Notes under the pieces: model-generated
Databases searched by the model: none
The model's input: only the letters and a program-made list of their open reading frames with translations
What the model was told of the DNA's origin: nothing
Translations under genes and position numbers: made by a program
Source of the DNA: Candidatus Dormiibacterota bacterium
GTDB lineage: Bacteria > Chloroflexota > Dormibacteria > Aeolococcales > Aeolococcaceae
DNA length: 64,000 nucleotides
Assembly (NCBI GenBank): GCA_963718525.1
Contig: OY970355.1
Location: forward strand, 320,001-384,000
Direction: 5' to 3'
Shown: positions 11,520 through 21,496 of the stretch, piece by piece
How positions within the stretch are numbered: the stretch's first letter is position 1
Layout of the letters: each line of letters opens with the position of its first letter

Positions 11520-11574
11520 TCGCTACAACTCGAATAACCCAAAAAGACGAATAGGAATAAAAGGAGGTAACGCC

Positions 11575-11721
11575 ATGACCAACTTGCAGAACATCGAACT
11601 CGCCCGCTCCATGGAGCGCCGGCGCGTCTTCTGTGCCGAGCATGCCTGCTCGAATCGCACAGTGCTGCAGCGCGTCACGGCCAGGATCAACGCCTGGTCC
11701 GATCGCCATGACCGCAGCTAG
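11575..11721 (+). CDS. 48-aa small protein
   Basis: Strong AAAGGAGGT RBS before ATG 11575. Sequence MTNLQNIELARSMERRRVFCAEHAC... Confidence 0.6.
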   Translation: MTNLQNIELARSMERRRVFCAEHACSNRTVLQRVTARINAWSDRHDRS

Positions 11722-11786
11722 TGCGGCGCAATAGTGTGCGGAGGCACGCGTGAGCGTGCCTCCGCACCGCAACTGGGGCTGACCCG

Positions 11787-13040
11787 GTGCGCGCCCTGCT
11801 CGCCGACCGCAACGGCCGCCGCTATCTCATCGGTCAGTTGCTCTCCGTCTTCGGCGATACAGCGATGTGGCTCGCCGCCGGCATCTGGGTCAAGACCCTC
11901 ACCGGCAGCAACGCGGCCGCCGGGCTGACCTTCTTCGCGTTCAGCCTGCCATCGGTGCTCGCACCAGCGGCGGGGCTGCTCGTCGACCGGGTCAAGAAAC
12001 GCCCCCTGCTGGTCACCACCGATGTCGTGCTCGGGGCCAGCGTGCTCCTGCTCCTCCTGGTGCACGGACGCGACCAGGTGTGGCTCATCTACGCGGTCAT
12101 GGTGCTGTATGGAGCGGCCTATGGCGTGCTCGGTTCCGGCGAGTCGGCGCTGCTCCGCGAGATGCTTCCCGAGGAGTTGCTCGGCCAGGCCAACGGCATG
12201 CTGCAGACGCTCCGGCAGGGGATTCGTCTGGTCGGCCCCGTCGCCGGCGCAGGACTGTTCGCGTGGCAAGGCGGTGGCGCGGTTGCCGTCGTGGATGCAT
12301 GCACGTTCCTCATCGCGGCTGCGGCGACGTTTTCATTGCGCGTCACCGAGGTGACACCCGAGCGCTCTGAACACCACTGGTTCGCCGAGGTCACCGCCGG
12401 CGTCCGCTACGTCGCGACGACGGTGGTGCTTCGTCAGATGGTCATCGGATGCCTGCTGATCATCATCCCGTTCGGCTTCTACGAGACCATCGCCTTCGCC
12501 GTGGTCAGCAGCGGACTCCACAAGCCCCCCACCTTCCTCGGCATCCTCACCACAGCCCAGGGCATTGGGGCGGTCGCCGGTGGGCTCAGCGCGGCCGCCA
12601 TCATGCAGCGCACCAACGAGGGAGCCCTCTTCGGATTCGGATGCGTGCTGTTCGCGGCGGCGTCCGCCCTGCTCATGGTGCAGTGGCTGCCCGCAGTGAT
12701 CGCGGCGGTGGTGATCCTAGGTGCGTGCCTGCCTTGGGTTCTGGTCGCCCTGTACACAATCGTTCAGCGCAGAACGCCGATGTCGCTGCAGGGCCGCGTC
12801 TTCTCCGCGTTCGATACGCTGATCGGCGTGCCGCAGACCCTGTCGATCGCGCTCGGCGCGGAACTCATCGCGCTGGTCGACTACCGCCTGCTCCTGGTCT
12901 TCGCAGCGTTGATGGGCATCGTCGCCGCACTGTATCTGTTGACGCGGCACGAGTTGCGCCGGCCGCCGACCCACTCGGAACCGGAGCCGGATGCACCCTA
13001 CCTCGAGACGGCCGAGGGATTCACGCTGCCATTGGCGTAG
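11787..13040 (+). CDS. MFS transporter
   Basis: About 12 hydrophobic segments; AGLLVDRVKKRP motif A. Confidence 0.9.
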   Translation: MRALLADRNGRRYLIGQLLSVFGDTAMWLAAGIWVKTLTGSNAAAGLTFFAFSLPSVLAPAAGLLVDRVKKRPLLVTTDVVLGASVLLLLLVHGRDQVWLIYAVMVLYGAAYGVLGSGESALLREMLPEELLGQANGMLQTLRQGIRLVGPVAGAGLFAWQGGGAVAVVDACTFLIAAAATFSLRVTEVTPERSEHHWFAEVTAGVRYVATTVVLRQMVIGCLLIIIPFGFYETIAFAVVSSGLHKPPTFLGILTTAQGIGAVAGGLSAAAIMQRTNEGALFGFGCVLFAAASALLMVQWLPAVIAAVVILGACLPWVLVALYTIVQRRTPMSLQGRVFSAFDTLIGVPQTLSIALGAELIALVDYRLLLVFAALMGIVAALYLLTRHELRRPPTHSEPEPDAPYLETAEGFTLPLA

Positions 13041-14332
13041 GCCGGCGTCGCGTCCGGCAGCTGGCGCGTTCTGCAGATCTCCGCAAACAGTGCGGCACTG
13101 GGCTTGGCACTCCGCTCCTGAGTCTCACGATCGACGGCGATCAAGCCGAAGCGTTGTGTATAGCCCTCCACCCACTCGAAATTGTCCCATGCGGTCCAGT
13201 ACAGGTAGCCGCGCACATCAACCCCGGCGTCAATCGCGTCCGCGACGGCGTGCAGATGGTCACGCAGGTAGGCAGGACGCAACTCGTCGTGATCATCGGC
13301 GACGCCGTTTTCCGTGATCAGGATCGGGAGCGCGAATTCGCTGAACAGGTCGGTGAGCGCCGTACGAAGTGCGATCGGATCGATGGCCCAGCCGGCGCTC
13401 GAGAGCGGCAGACCCGGGGTTGCCTCGTGCCGTCCGAACAGCCTTCCCGGTGCGAGCAGATCCAGGGACACGGCCTCGGTGGTGTAGTGATTCAGTCCGA
13501 GATACGTGAGCGATCCGGCGAGCCCGGGCACCACCGCGCCACGACCAACTGGTGGCAGCATCCGCCCGGCGACACAGCTGCGCAGGAACCATCGATTGAA
13601 GAGGTAGTCCGGGGGCCGCGCCAGCAGCCGATCGACCGGCGACGCGGGGTCGCGCGGAACGAGGCGACGCTCGTGATGCGCGATCGATACATGAGCCGCC
13701 CGTCCGTGCAGGTCGGCGACGGTCCTGATCGCGTGTGCTCCTGCGGCGTGCATTCGCAGGAGGCCGCGCAGCGCGGCGAGCGTTCGGCGTAACGAGCGTT
13801 CTCCCGGCGGCCAGGTTCCTTCGAGATGTGCAAGCACCGCGACGACATTGGGCTCGTTGACGGTGACCCACCATGTGACCATGTCGCCCATCGCCTCCAC
13901 GCACGCAGCGACGTAGCGCGCAAAACGAAGCGGCGCCGCCGGAGCCGCGAAACCGCCCGAGTCGGCAAGCCACGCGGGAAGCGTGAAATGGTGCAGCGTG
14001 ACCACGGGCTCCATCCCGTTGCGGAGGCAGGTGCGCGCCACGTCAACGTAGTGCTCGAGCGCATCGCGGTCGAACCGTCCAGGCTCCGGCTCGACGCGCG
14101 CCCACTCGATCGAGAATCGGTGCACGTTGTGATGCATCGACCCGAGCTGCTCGAGATCGGACGGATAGCGCCGGTACTGATCGATCGCGACCGACGCATC
14201 GCCGCCGCCGTTGATGGCCTCGGGATGATCCGCGACCCATCTCGACCAGTCGTTGTCGATGCCGCCTTCGACCTGGTGCGCCGCGGTGGCACACCCCAGG
14301 AGAAATCCCTCGGGTAACTGCCTCGGCGTCAC
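12998..14332 (-). CDS. Glycoside hydrolase family 1 (beta-glucosidase-like)
   Basis: FLLGCATAAHQVEG, catalytic TVNEP and ITENG motifs, WDNFEW. GTG start overlaps the upstream stop. Confidence 0.93.
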   Translation of the reverse strand: MTPRQLPEGFLLGCATAAHQVEGGIDNDWSRWVADHPEAINGGGDASVAIDQYRRYPSDLEQLGSMHHNVHRFSIEWARVEPEPGRFDRDALEHYVDVARTCLRNGMEPVVTLHHFTLPAWLADSGGFAAPAAPLRFARYVAACVEAMGDMVTWWVTVNEPNVVAVLAHLEGTWPPGERSLRRTLAALRGLLRMHAAGAHAIRTVADLHGRAAHVSIAHHERRLVPRDPASPVDRLLARPPDYLFNRWFLRSCVAGRMLPPVGRGAVVPGLAGSLTYLGLNHYTTEAVSLDLLAPGRLFGRHEATPGLPLSSAGWAIDPIALRTALTDLFSEFALPILITENGVADDHDELRPAYLRDHLHAVADAIDAGVDVRGYLYWTAWDNFEWVEGYTQRFGLIAVDRETQERSAKPSAALFAEICRTRQLPDATPAYANGSVNPSAVSR

Positions 14333-14580
14333 CCGCTGGCCGCCGGCGCCTCGAGAACGAGCCTGCGGAATCCGTCTGACGGCTCGTCGACGATGATGCT
14401 CACGCCATTCTTCCGGCTCCATGCGCGGACAGCGAATGCGTGCTCAGCAACCGGCGAGTGGACCTCGAGGCGATCACCCGGACCCAGGAGCGCATACGCC
14501 TTGCGCACCTGCTGGAGCGGGCCAGGCTCGGTGCACAGCTCCTCCGAAGCACTCAGATCGAGCACCGTGGTCTGGGTCAT
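14329..14580 (-). CDS. TusA/SirA-like sulfur-carrier family protein
   Basis: 83 aa; VLDLS...LCTEPGPL...LGPGDRLEV...VRAWSRKNG matches the TusA pattern. Confidence 0.65.
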   Translation of the reverse strand: MTQTTVLDLSASEELCTEPGPLQQVRKAYALLGPGDRLEVHSPVAEHAFAVRAWSRKNGVSIIVDEPSDGFRRLVLEAPAASG

Positions 14581-14754
14581 GAAACGCGTGGCGACCTCTG
14601 CAATGGATCTGCCGATGACTTCACCGCACCAGAATACGTGCCCGTCACGGTCGGGTCGACGGGGTGGGTGATGCACCGAGCCGATCGTCTGCCCGCGCCG
14701 GTGCTCGCGGGCGGCCTTTCCTGTGGCCCTGGTGAAGCGGCCCATAATGCGCCA

Positions 14755-14991
14755 ATGCCCACTCCAGAGCTGGCCCGCCACGACGACACTGTCGAGGACG
14801 AGGAGGATCGCCCCCGCCCGGTCGCCGGCACCGTCCGACTGATGACCGAGGACCCGTTCGAGATGGACGACGACGCTGACTCCGGTCTCGGCCGCCGCCT
14901 CTCCTCGCTTGCGTCCAAGAGCCCCTGGGTCATCCCCGCCGCGCTGGTGGGGATTGGCGTGGCTTTCCTGGTTTTGCGCCGCCGGCGCTGA
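14755..14991 (+). CDS. Small acidic protein with C-terminal membrane anchor
   Basis: Acidic N-terminus, hydrophobic PWVIPAALVGIGVAFLVL and RRRR tail. CATAAT lies 6 nt upstream of the ATG. Confidence 0.55.
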   Translation: MPTPELARHDDTVEDEEDRPRPVAGTVRLMTEDPFEMDDDADSGLGRRLSSLASKSPWVIPAALVGIGVAFLVLRRRR

Positions 14992-16060
14992 CCTCAAGGC
15001 CTCCTCGGGGCACGCGCTCGACGAGCGGCGGGCTGTCCGCCCTGGCGAAGATGTCGAGCATCAGCGCCTCGAACGCCAGGCGCGGCTGCGCGTACATGGC
15101 GACGGACTCCGCAGTGTCGAGGATGCGAGCCAGGATCTCGACGATGCGCGTGAGCTCCAGGTCCTCGGCCCACGCCTCGAGCGCCGGTCGGTAGGCCTTC
15201 CAGACCGCCAGCTCCGGAGCTCCGGACGCGAAGCAGGCGGCGTCGCGCACGAACGACGCCCACGCACCCAGCGTGATCAGCGCCTGCTCGCGGACTTCGG
15301 CGGTTCGCTCGGTGCCCGCTGCCGCGGCCACCGTGATGAGCGCGGCGGCCCGGAGCGCGCCCTCCGCACCCCCGCCGCCGGCGCCGATGAATCGATCGAG
15401 CGCGTCCAGCTCAGCGCCGAGCGCGCCCGGTTCGGTTGCCAGGCGCAGGGCGCGGCCCGGGCGCCCCGCGGCAAGGGCCGCGGCGGTGGCGGCATCGTGC
15501 TCGTTCACCCCGTGGAGGCGCTCGAGCCAGTCCTCGATCGCCTGAGAGGGGACCGGGCCGAGCACCACGGTCTCGCATCGGGACCGCACCGTCTGGGGGA
15601 GCTGCTCCGGATGCGCGGAGGTCAGGACGAGGTGCGCCCGCGGCGGTGGCTCTTCGAGCGTCTTGAGCAGGTTGTCCGCCGCCTGCTCGGTGAGACGGTC
15701 GGCACGAGCGATCACCGCGATGCGCCGGCCACCGGCGTAGGCGGCGAGCGAGAGGAACTGCTGTAGCGAGGGTCCGGCCTCCTCATCACCCGGCTTGCGC
15801 TTCGGCGACGGGCGCATCCTGTCGATCCCCACGTTCTCCGCGGCCGAGTCCTCGAGCCAGAAGTCGGGATGGGCGGCGAGCCCTCCCGGCCAAGTCGACG
15901 CGTCCAGCAGCTGGGACGCGAGAGCGAGCGCCGCCGTCGTCTTGCCCACTCCCTCGGGCCCGATCAGCAGGAGCGCGTGGGTGAGCTCGTCATCAACGCC
16001 ACTCGCCGCCAGACGCTGCAGCACCGGCCCGTGTCCGATCACCGAGTCAAGCGTGGTCAC
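14930..16060 (-). CDS. holB: DNA polymerase III delta' subunit (clamp loader)
   Basis: HALLLIGPEGVGKTT, HPD, ADNLLKTLEEPP and LPQTVRSRC. Confidence 0.82.
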   Translation of the reverse strand: MTTLDSVIGHGPVLQRLAASGVDDELTHALLLIGPEGVGKTTAALALASQLLDASTWPGGLAAHPDFWLEDSAAENVGIDRMRPSPKRKPGDEEAGPSLQQFLSLAAYAGGRRIAVIARADRLTEQAADNLLKTLEEPPPRAHLVLTSAHPEQLPQTVRSRCETVVLGPVPSQAIEDWLERLHGVNEHDAATAAALAAGRPGRALRLATEPGALGAELDALDRFIGAGGGGAEGALRAAALITVAAAAGTERTAEVREQALITLGAWASFVRDAACFASGAPELAVWKAYRPALEAWAEDLELTRIVEILARILDTAESVAMYAQPRLAFEALMLDIFARADSPPLVERVPRGGLEVSAGGAKPGKPRQSPPARRG

Positions 16061-16087
16061 GGGATGGATTGTGCAGAATTGCCCGCG

Positions 16088-17056
16088 GTGACCCAGTCCG
16101 AGACGTCAGCGCAGGCAGTCTGGCCGCCGCGTCACGCCGACAGCGGACGGCACTACGCCGCGCGGGTGATCCTCTACATGGAGGGGGCGTTCCTCGTCCT
16201 CATCTCGTTCGGTTTCTTCAGCGGCGCCGAAGGGAGCGGCGCGCTCAGCGTCGTTGGGGGTGGCGGCCTGTGCATCGTGGGCGCGGTGATCCTCGGCGTC
16301 GGCGCCACGCGAATGCGCCACGACATGCCGGCGGTTCGCGACCCGAACGATCCGGACCAGAGGGTGCCGTGGGACTGGTCCGATTTTCTGATGTTCTGGC
16401 CGGGGTGGTTCAGCGCGTTTCAGCTGCTCGGGTCGGTCGCGATCATCCTGACCAACGTCATCGCCAGCAACTCGGATCCAACGGTTCGCACCGCGATCGA
16501 ATCGTCCGTGCTCGCGGTGTGCCAGTACACCGCCATGCTGTTCAACATCTTCGTGTTCGTGTTCATGCGTCGCGGCGGGACGTTGCGCGATCTCGGATGG
16601 CGCGGCTTCAAATGGTGGTGGCTCCCGGTCGCACCGGTCGCGACGTACGTCGCGTTGGTGGGTGCGGGCTACCTGCAGACCATCAACCAGAACCTGTTCC
16701 CAGGTGTGTCAAATGGACAGTGCCAGCAGGTGCAGCACGACTACAGCCATTATTACGTCCTCGCAATCATCGTTGTCTGTGTGATTGCACCGATCTCCGA
16801 GGAGACGATCTTCCGAGGATTCATCTATGGCTGGCTGCATCGCTGGGGGCCGGCTGTCCTGGCGATACCCTTGAGCGCCATCATCTTCTCGGCTCTGCAC
16901 CAGCAGTTGGTGCTGTTTCTGCCCCTCCTCTTCGTCGGTGTCGTTCTCGCATCCCTCTACCAGGGATCGCGAAGCATCATTCCCGGCATCCTGACGCACG
17001 CGCTCTTCAACCTTCCAAACATCATCGCGATCCTGAGCACCACGACCACCTGTTGA
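16088..17056 (+). CDS. CPBP (CAAX/Abi) intramembrane metalloprotease
   Basis: Multiple TM segments; APISEETIFRG, FSALH and HALFN motifs. Confidence 0.9.
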   Translation: MTQSETSAQAVWPPRHADSGRHYAARVILYMEGAFLVLISFGFFSGAEGSGALSVVGGGGLCIVGAVILGVGATRMRHDMPAVRDPNDPDQRVPWDWSDFLMFWPGWFSAFQLLGSVAIILTNVIASNSDPTVRTAIESSVLAVCQYTAMLFNIFVFVFMRRGGTLRDLGWRGFKWWWLPVAPVATYVALVGAGYLQTINQNLFPGVSNGQCQQVQHDYSHYYVLAIIVVCVIAPISEETIFRGFIYGWLHRWGPAVLAIPLSAIIFSALHQQLVLFLPLLFVGVVLASLYQGSRSIIPGILTHALFNLPNIIAILSTTTTC

Positions 17057-17078
17057 CGGCCTCGGCGGCCAAGTCTTG

Positions 17079-17855
17079 TCAGACGACTGACTGGATCTGA
17101 CCGCCGTCGACGGCGATGGACACGCCGGTGACGAATGACGCGGCAGGCGAGCAGAGAAACACGGCTACGTGCGCAATCTCCTCGGGCTCGCCGACACGAC
17201 CCATGGGATTGACCTTGCCCGCATGTGCGAAGAACGCATCGAGGTCGGTGACGCCGCTGCCCTGCGCCACCTCGATCTGACGATCAGTCCTGATCGCACC
17301 GGGGAGCAGCGAGTTGACGCGGATCTGGGGCGCAAATTCGATCGCGAGAGTCTTCGCAAGACCGCTGACGGCGCCGCGAATGCTGTTGCTCAGCGTCAGA
17401 CCGCTGATCGGCTGTTTGACGCTGGTCGAGGTGATGAACAGGATGGCGGCGGCGTCCGACTCACGCAGCGCAGGTAGCGCAGCCTGGATAAGGTGAATCG
17501 CACTCATGAAGGTGAGTTGGTGCGCTGCTTCCCACATCTCTCCGTCGATATCGTTGAACGAGCCCCGCGGCGGACCGCCGGCGTTGACGACCAGGGCGTC
17601 GAGACGCCCGAAATCGTTGACGGCACGTTCGACGGCGACCCTCGCCTGTTGCGCGTCTGCGACGTCCGCGGGGGTGGCGACAACGCGGACTCCGTGGGTG
17701 CGCACTGACTCGGCCGCCGTCTGCAAGGCGGAGTCCGTACGGGCGCACATGCCCACATCGGCACCCTCGGCGGCGAACTGTTCAGCGATGGCACGTCCCA
17801 TGCCCTTGCTCGACGCGGCGACAAATGCAGCGCGTCCGCGGAGCCCCAGATCCAT
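17079..17855 (-). CDS. SDR-family oxidoreductase
   Basis: MDLGLRGRAAFVAASSKGMG, VVNAGGPP and PMGRVGEPEE. Confidence 0.92.
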   Translation of the reverse strand: MDLGLRGRAAFVAASSKGMGRAIAEQFAAEGADVGMCARTDSALQTAAESVRTHGVRVVATPADVADAQQARVAVERAVNDFGRLDALVVNAGGPPRGSFNDIDGEMWEAAHQLTFMSAIHLIQAALPALRESDAAAILFITSTSVKQPISGLTLSNSIRGAVSGLAKTLAIEFAPQIRVNSLLPGAIRTDRQIEVAQGSGVTDLDAFFAHAGKVNPMGRVGEPEEIAHVAVFLCSPAASFVTGVSIAVDGGQIQSVV

Positions 17856-17922
17856 GCGTGGCAGGCTAGCAGCTTGCTCAGCGCGCACGTGACGTCCGCG
17901 ATCTGTCCGCCGCATCGCGCCG

Positions 17923-18969
17923 ATGGAGCGTGCTGAAAGGGCCATACTTGGTCTCGTGGTCGAAGAATTGGGAAGGCGAGGGTTGTTGCCGCTGCTTCCT
18001 GCTGGTACCGCTATCTTCGAGGGTCTTCCGCTGGGCGCCCTCGTCCTTGTTGCGCTCGCTCCGGCCGTCGGCGATGGCCTGATCACGATGCGCGATGACG
18101 CAGGCGAAGGCGTGCTCGTCATCCGCGACGGCGTCATCTCGGAGACGATCTGGATTACGGATGGTGTTCGTGCCGACGGCAACGAAGCGCTCGAACTGGT
18201 GCACGCTGCCCACGCGGCGACGGTATCCGCGTGCCGTCTGTCTCACGATGTGATGGGACTCATCAGGCCGCTGATTCGAAGTCAGTCGTGCTACGCCGAT
18301 CTGCGCCTCGAGTGGATCGTCTGGCCCAACTTGCTCCGTGACCTCGAGACGCGCGGCGGCACGTTCGTTGTTGAGCTCTCGACCCCCAGCGATCGCGGCG
18401 TGACGGTCATCGAGCAAGGGCGACGGGTTGCGACGTTCCTCGAGTTGCACCCAGCGCTCGGGGATCCGGATCTCCTCGATGGCCTTGCCTCCGGCGGTGT
18501 GGGGTCCATACGGGTTCTCGGTCAGGGCGGCGAAGGGGTCCGAGAGCTCGCTGAGCCGTTGGTTGCCGCCTCGACTGTGAACCAGCCGCGGCGCGACTTC
18601 GTTGTGGTGCAAAGCCCTGCTCCAGCCATCACCGATGCCGACGGCACGAACGCCACGCTGTCCGCATTTTTCGGCCCGTCGCACAATGCCTCGGATCAAA
18701 ATCCCGAGCTGCGGATTGACGGGATCGGCCAGCAGCGCCCGACGCCCGTCGAGTCCGTCCTACCTCAGCTCAAGACGCTGGTGCGTGATCGCCTGCAACG
18801 GTCGTCGGGGTCGGTCGAGGAGGTCGTGGACGGAGCTGCGAGAGACCGCCAGAGCCTGGAGTGGCTCGCAGACCGAGTGCGCGTGATGTCGGTGCGCGGG
18901 TTTCTCCACTCGACGTTCGATCAGCTCGCCGACGACATGCTTGCGTTGACCCCTCGAGAACCCGTCTAA
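17923..18969 (+). CDS. Hypothetical cytoplasmic protein (possibly DUF4388/PATAN-like), upstream of virD4
   Basis: 348-aa ORF with repeated G-x-hydrophobic-x-G strand motifs (EGVLVIRDG, RGVTVIEQG). The family call is tentative. Confidence 0.5.
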   Translation: MERAERAILGLVVEELGRRGLLPLLPAGTAIFEGLPLGALVLVALAPAVGDGLITMRDDAGEGVLVIRDGVISETIWITDGVRADGNEALELVHAAHAATVSACRLSHDVMGLIRPLIRSQSCYADLRLEWIVWPNLLRDLETRGGTFVVELSTPSDRGVTVIEQGRRVATFLELHPALGDPDLLDGLASGGVGSIRVLGQGGEGVRELAEPLVAASTVNQPRRDFVVVQSPAPAITDADGTNATLSAFFGPSHNASDQNPELRIDGIGQQRPTPVESVLPQLKTLVRDRLQRSSGSVEEVVDGAARDRQSLEWLADRVRVMSVRGFLHSTFDQLADDMLALTPREPV

Positions 18970-19045
18970 GGCGCTTTCCAGGGCATGCGGTCCTCCCCGG
19001 ACTGTCCGGGGGACGTCCCGCCTGCAGGCGCATCGTCAGTTACGG

Positions 19046-20815
19046 ATGGCTGCAGTTCCCCGGCATCGGACGCAGACGTGGCGCGACCTCGGCACCAGTG
19101 CCGTGCTCATCTCACTGTGGATCGTTCCCTGGCTCCTGCTCACCGCGGCGACGTGGATCGCCGGTGGTCGTCCGAGCGCGTCACCCATCTCGTTTCTCAA
19201 CCCCGCCCAGATCATTCGCCGACTTGAGTCCGGAGGCGGAGCCTTCGACTGGTGGGTTCTGGTTGCACCGAAGTCGAACGTCATCACCTGGAGGTTCTGG
19301 GGTAGTCTCGCTGTCATAGCCATCACGGCAAGCGCGGGCGTTGTCGGAGCACGAGTGCAGGCGCAGCAAGTGTCGCGCGGCAGGCTCAGCCGGTTCATGT
19401 CACCTGCCCGTCGGATGGCACGAACGGGCCGGTGGGCACGCGGCATCGACCTCCGGCCGATGCATGGTCGTCCCGGACGCGCTAGTGTGTTCCTCCTCGG
19501 CCGACATGGTCGCCGGATGCTGGTGACTCAACTGGAAACCAGCGTGCTGGTGATTGGACCAACCCGATCCGGGAAGACGGCGGGACTCGTGATCCCCAAT
19601 CTCCTCGAGTGGGATGGCCCTGCCATTGCAACGAGTACCAAGAGCGAAGTTGTCGATCTCACGGCAGGGCACCGCCAGTCACTCGGACCGGTCTACGTGT
19701 ACGACCCAACTCGTGAGATCGGGGGGAAGTACGACTCCGTGACCTGGTCGCCCATCGCAGGATGCGACGATCTCGATCGCGCCTGGATGGTTGCATCGTG
19801 GCTGTGCGCTTCGCTGCAGCAGGGCGGAGGCCGCGGCGACAACGATTGGTCCCACTGGGCTGAATCGGGCAAGTTGCTGATAGCGCCGCTGCTCTACGTG
19901 GCCGCGATCACCGGCCGGACGATCGTAGATGTCAGGACGTGGATCCACGGGTTCGATCTGGCGAGTCCGATTGGGATGCTCGAGGAATTGCTGCTCGACC
20001 CCGAAATCCGCGGCGATGCCGATCCGATTCGCGCCATGTCGATGCTTGCGTCGGTCGATCAACGCCCAGAGCGTGAGCGCGGCACGGTGTTCTCAACGGT
20101 CATGCGCATCTTCAACGTCTTTACCGAGCGTGCAGTCGCCGAGTTGGCTTTGTCCAGCCGCTTTGACGCGGATGACTTCCTCCGTCGTCGCGGTACGCTC
20201 TACCTCTGCACCCCGAGGCAGACGCCGGAGCGGGTCGGGAGCCTGTTCGTCGGCATCCTCATGACCGTGGTGACTGCCGCATATGCGCTGTCTGAGAGCG
20301 AGCCGACTCGCCGGAAGACAGAGAGCCTTGGGCTGTTCCTTGATGAGCTTGCCAATGTTGTTCCGATCGAGGACCTGCCGGCACTTGCGTCACAGGGCGC
20401 CGGCCGAGGGGTGATGCTGATGTCCATCATTCAGGATCTCAGTCAGCTGCGGTCGCGGTACGGGGTGGAAAAATCAAACACCATATTGAACAACCACGGC
20501 TGCAAGCTGATCCTTCCGGGGATCAGTGATCCCGAGACTGCCGACGTCCTGGCGAAGCTCGTCGGTCGCACCGAATTCACTGAACAGCAGATGAGTGTCG
20601 GCGCTGATGGACGACTCAGTCGCTCCTACTCCGTTCGGCACGATGCCATGGCGACACCAGACGCGCTGCGGCAGATGAAGGCCGCCAGCGCCATCCTGAT
20701 CCATCGGGACAGTCCGCCGGCTCTCGTGAATCTGCCCTATTGGTTCCAGAACGCGCGCTATCGGCGACTCGCCAAGGTCCCCTTTTTCCGCGCCGCAGAA
20801 CACGTTCCGCGCTGA
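19046..20815 (+). CDS. virD4: Type IV coupling protein (VirD4/TraG family)
   Basis: Two N-terminal TM segments, Walker A IGPTRSGKT, TSTK, YVYDP, Walker B FLDELAN and IIQDLSQL..YG. Confidence 0.92.
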   Translation: MAAVPRHRTQTWRDLGTSAVLISLWIVPWLLLTAATWIAGGRPSASPISFLNPAQIIRRLESGGGAFDWWVLVAPKSNVITWRFWGSLAVIAITASAGVVGARVQAQQVSRGRLSRFMSPARRMARTGRWARGIDLRPMHGRPGRASVFLLGRHGRRMLVTQLETSVLVIGPTRSGKTAGLVIPNLLEWDGPAIATSTKSEVVDLTAGHRQSLGPVYVYDPTREIGGKYDSVTWSPIAGCDDLDRAWMVASWLCASLQQGGGRGDNDWSHWAESGKLLIAPLLYVAAITGRTIVDVRTWIHGFDLASPIGMLEELLLDPEIRGDADPIRAMSMLASVDQRPERERGTVFSTVMRIFNVFTERAVAELALSSRFDADDFLRRRGTLYLCTPRQTPERVGSLFVGILMTVVTAAYALSESEPTRRKTESLGLFLDELANVVPIEDLPALASQGAGRGVMLMSIIQDLSQLRSRYGVEKSNTILNNHGCKLILPGISDPETADVLAKLVGRTEFTEQQMSVGADGRLSRSYSVRHDAMATPDALRQMKAASAILIHRDSPPALVNLPYWFQNARYRRLAKVPFFRAAEHVPR

Positions 20816-20896
20816 CGACGCGCTGCCATTCGCTCAGACGCAGGGTGCAACCGGGATAACGCCTTCAAGACAGCGCACTCCCCAAGCGAGCTGCTT

Positions 20897-21496
20897 TCAG
20901 TGTCCGAGCGGGAATGGGATCGGGATGACCGCGAAATGGCTGGGCACCGCGATCACGATCTCAACCCCGTCGTCATATCTTCGGTGCCAGTCCCTCGTCC
21001 GCGGATCAAAGGTATCGCTGGATGTGAAGCGCGCGGCACCACTCGTGTAGTCGCACCGTTCGCTGGTGCCCGGGTTGGCAGCAATCAGGATGCAGCGACC
21101 GATCGTCGGGATTCCGTCCCACGTCATCACCGCGCTCCCCGTCAGTGTCGTCGGCGAGGTGGTGACAATCACCAGCGTCGCCTGACCAGTGAAGACCTCA
21201 GTGCCTACTGCCGGATGCGCCATGCGATCGAGGAGGGTGCCGCCCACATGCACCTCAGTGCCATCTCGACCGGCTTCGAAATACGGGGGAGTGACCGAGA
21301 GCCACACGCCGCAACCGGCGGCCGCCAACGCAAGCGCAATCAACCACGCTGATCGGCGCCGTAACCACCCACGCCGCCAGGCGGTCGAAGGTCGATGCAC
21401 GGGCGCGAGACCACCCAGCGGCACGGGCAGCGTTTGAGCAGATCTGTCAACCAAGCCTGGTGGGCCAGAGAGGGGAACGACCGCCCGATCACCCAT
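20897..21496 (-). CDS. Single-pass membrane hypothetical protein, last gene of the T4SS/Tad operon
   Basis: TM AWLIALALAAAGCGVWL followed by a beta-rich extracellular part. Start overlaps the upstream stop. Confidence 0.6.
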   Translation of the reverse strand: MGDRAVVPLSGPPGLVDRSAQTLPVPLGGLAPVHRPSTAWRRGWLRRRSAWLIALALAAAGCGVWLSVTPPYFEAGRDGTEVHVGGTLLDRMAHPAVGTEVFTGQATLVIVTTSPTTLTGSAVMTWDGIPTIGRCILIAANPGTSERCDYTSGAARFTSSDTFDPRTRDWHRRYDDGVEIVIAVPSHFAVIPIPFPLGH

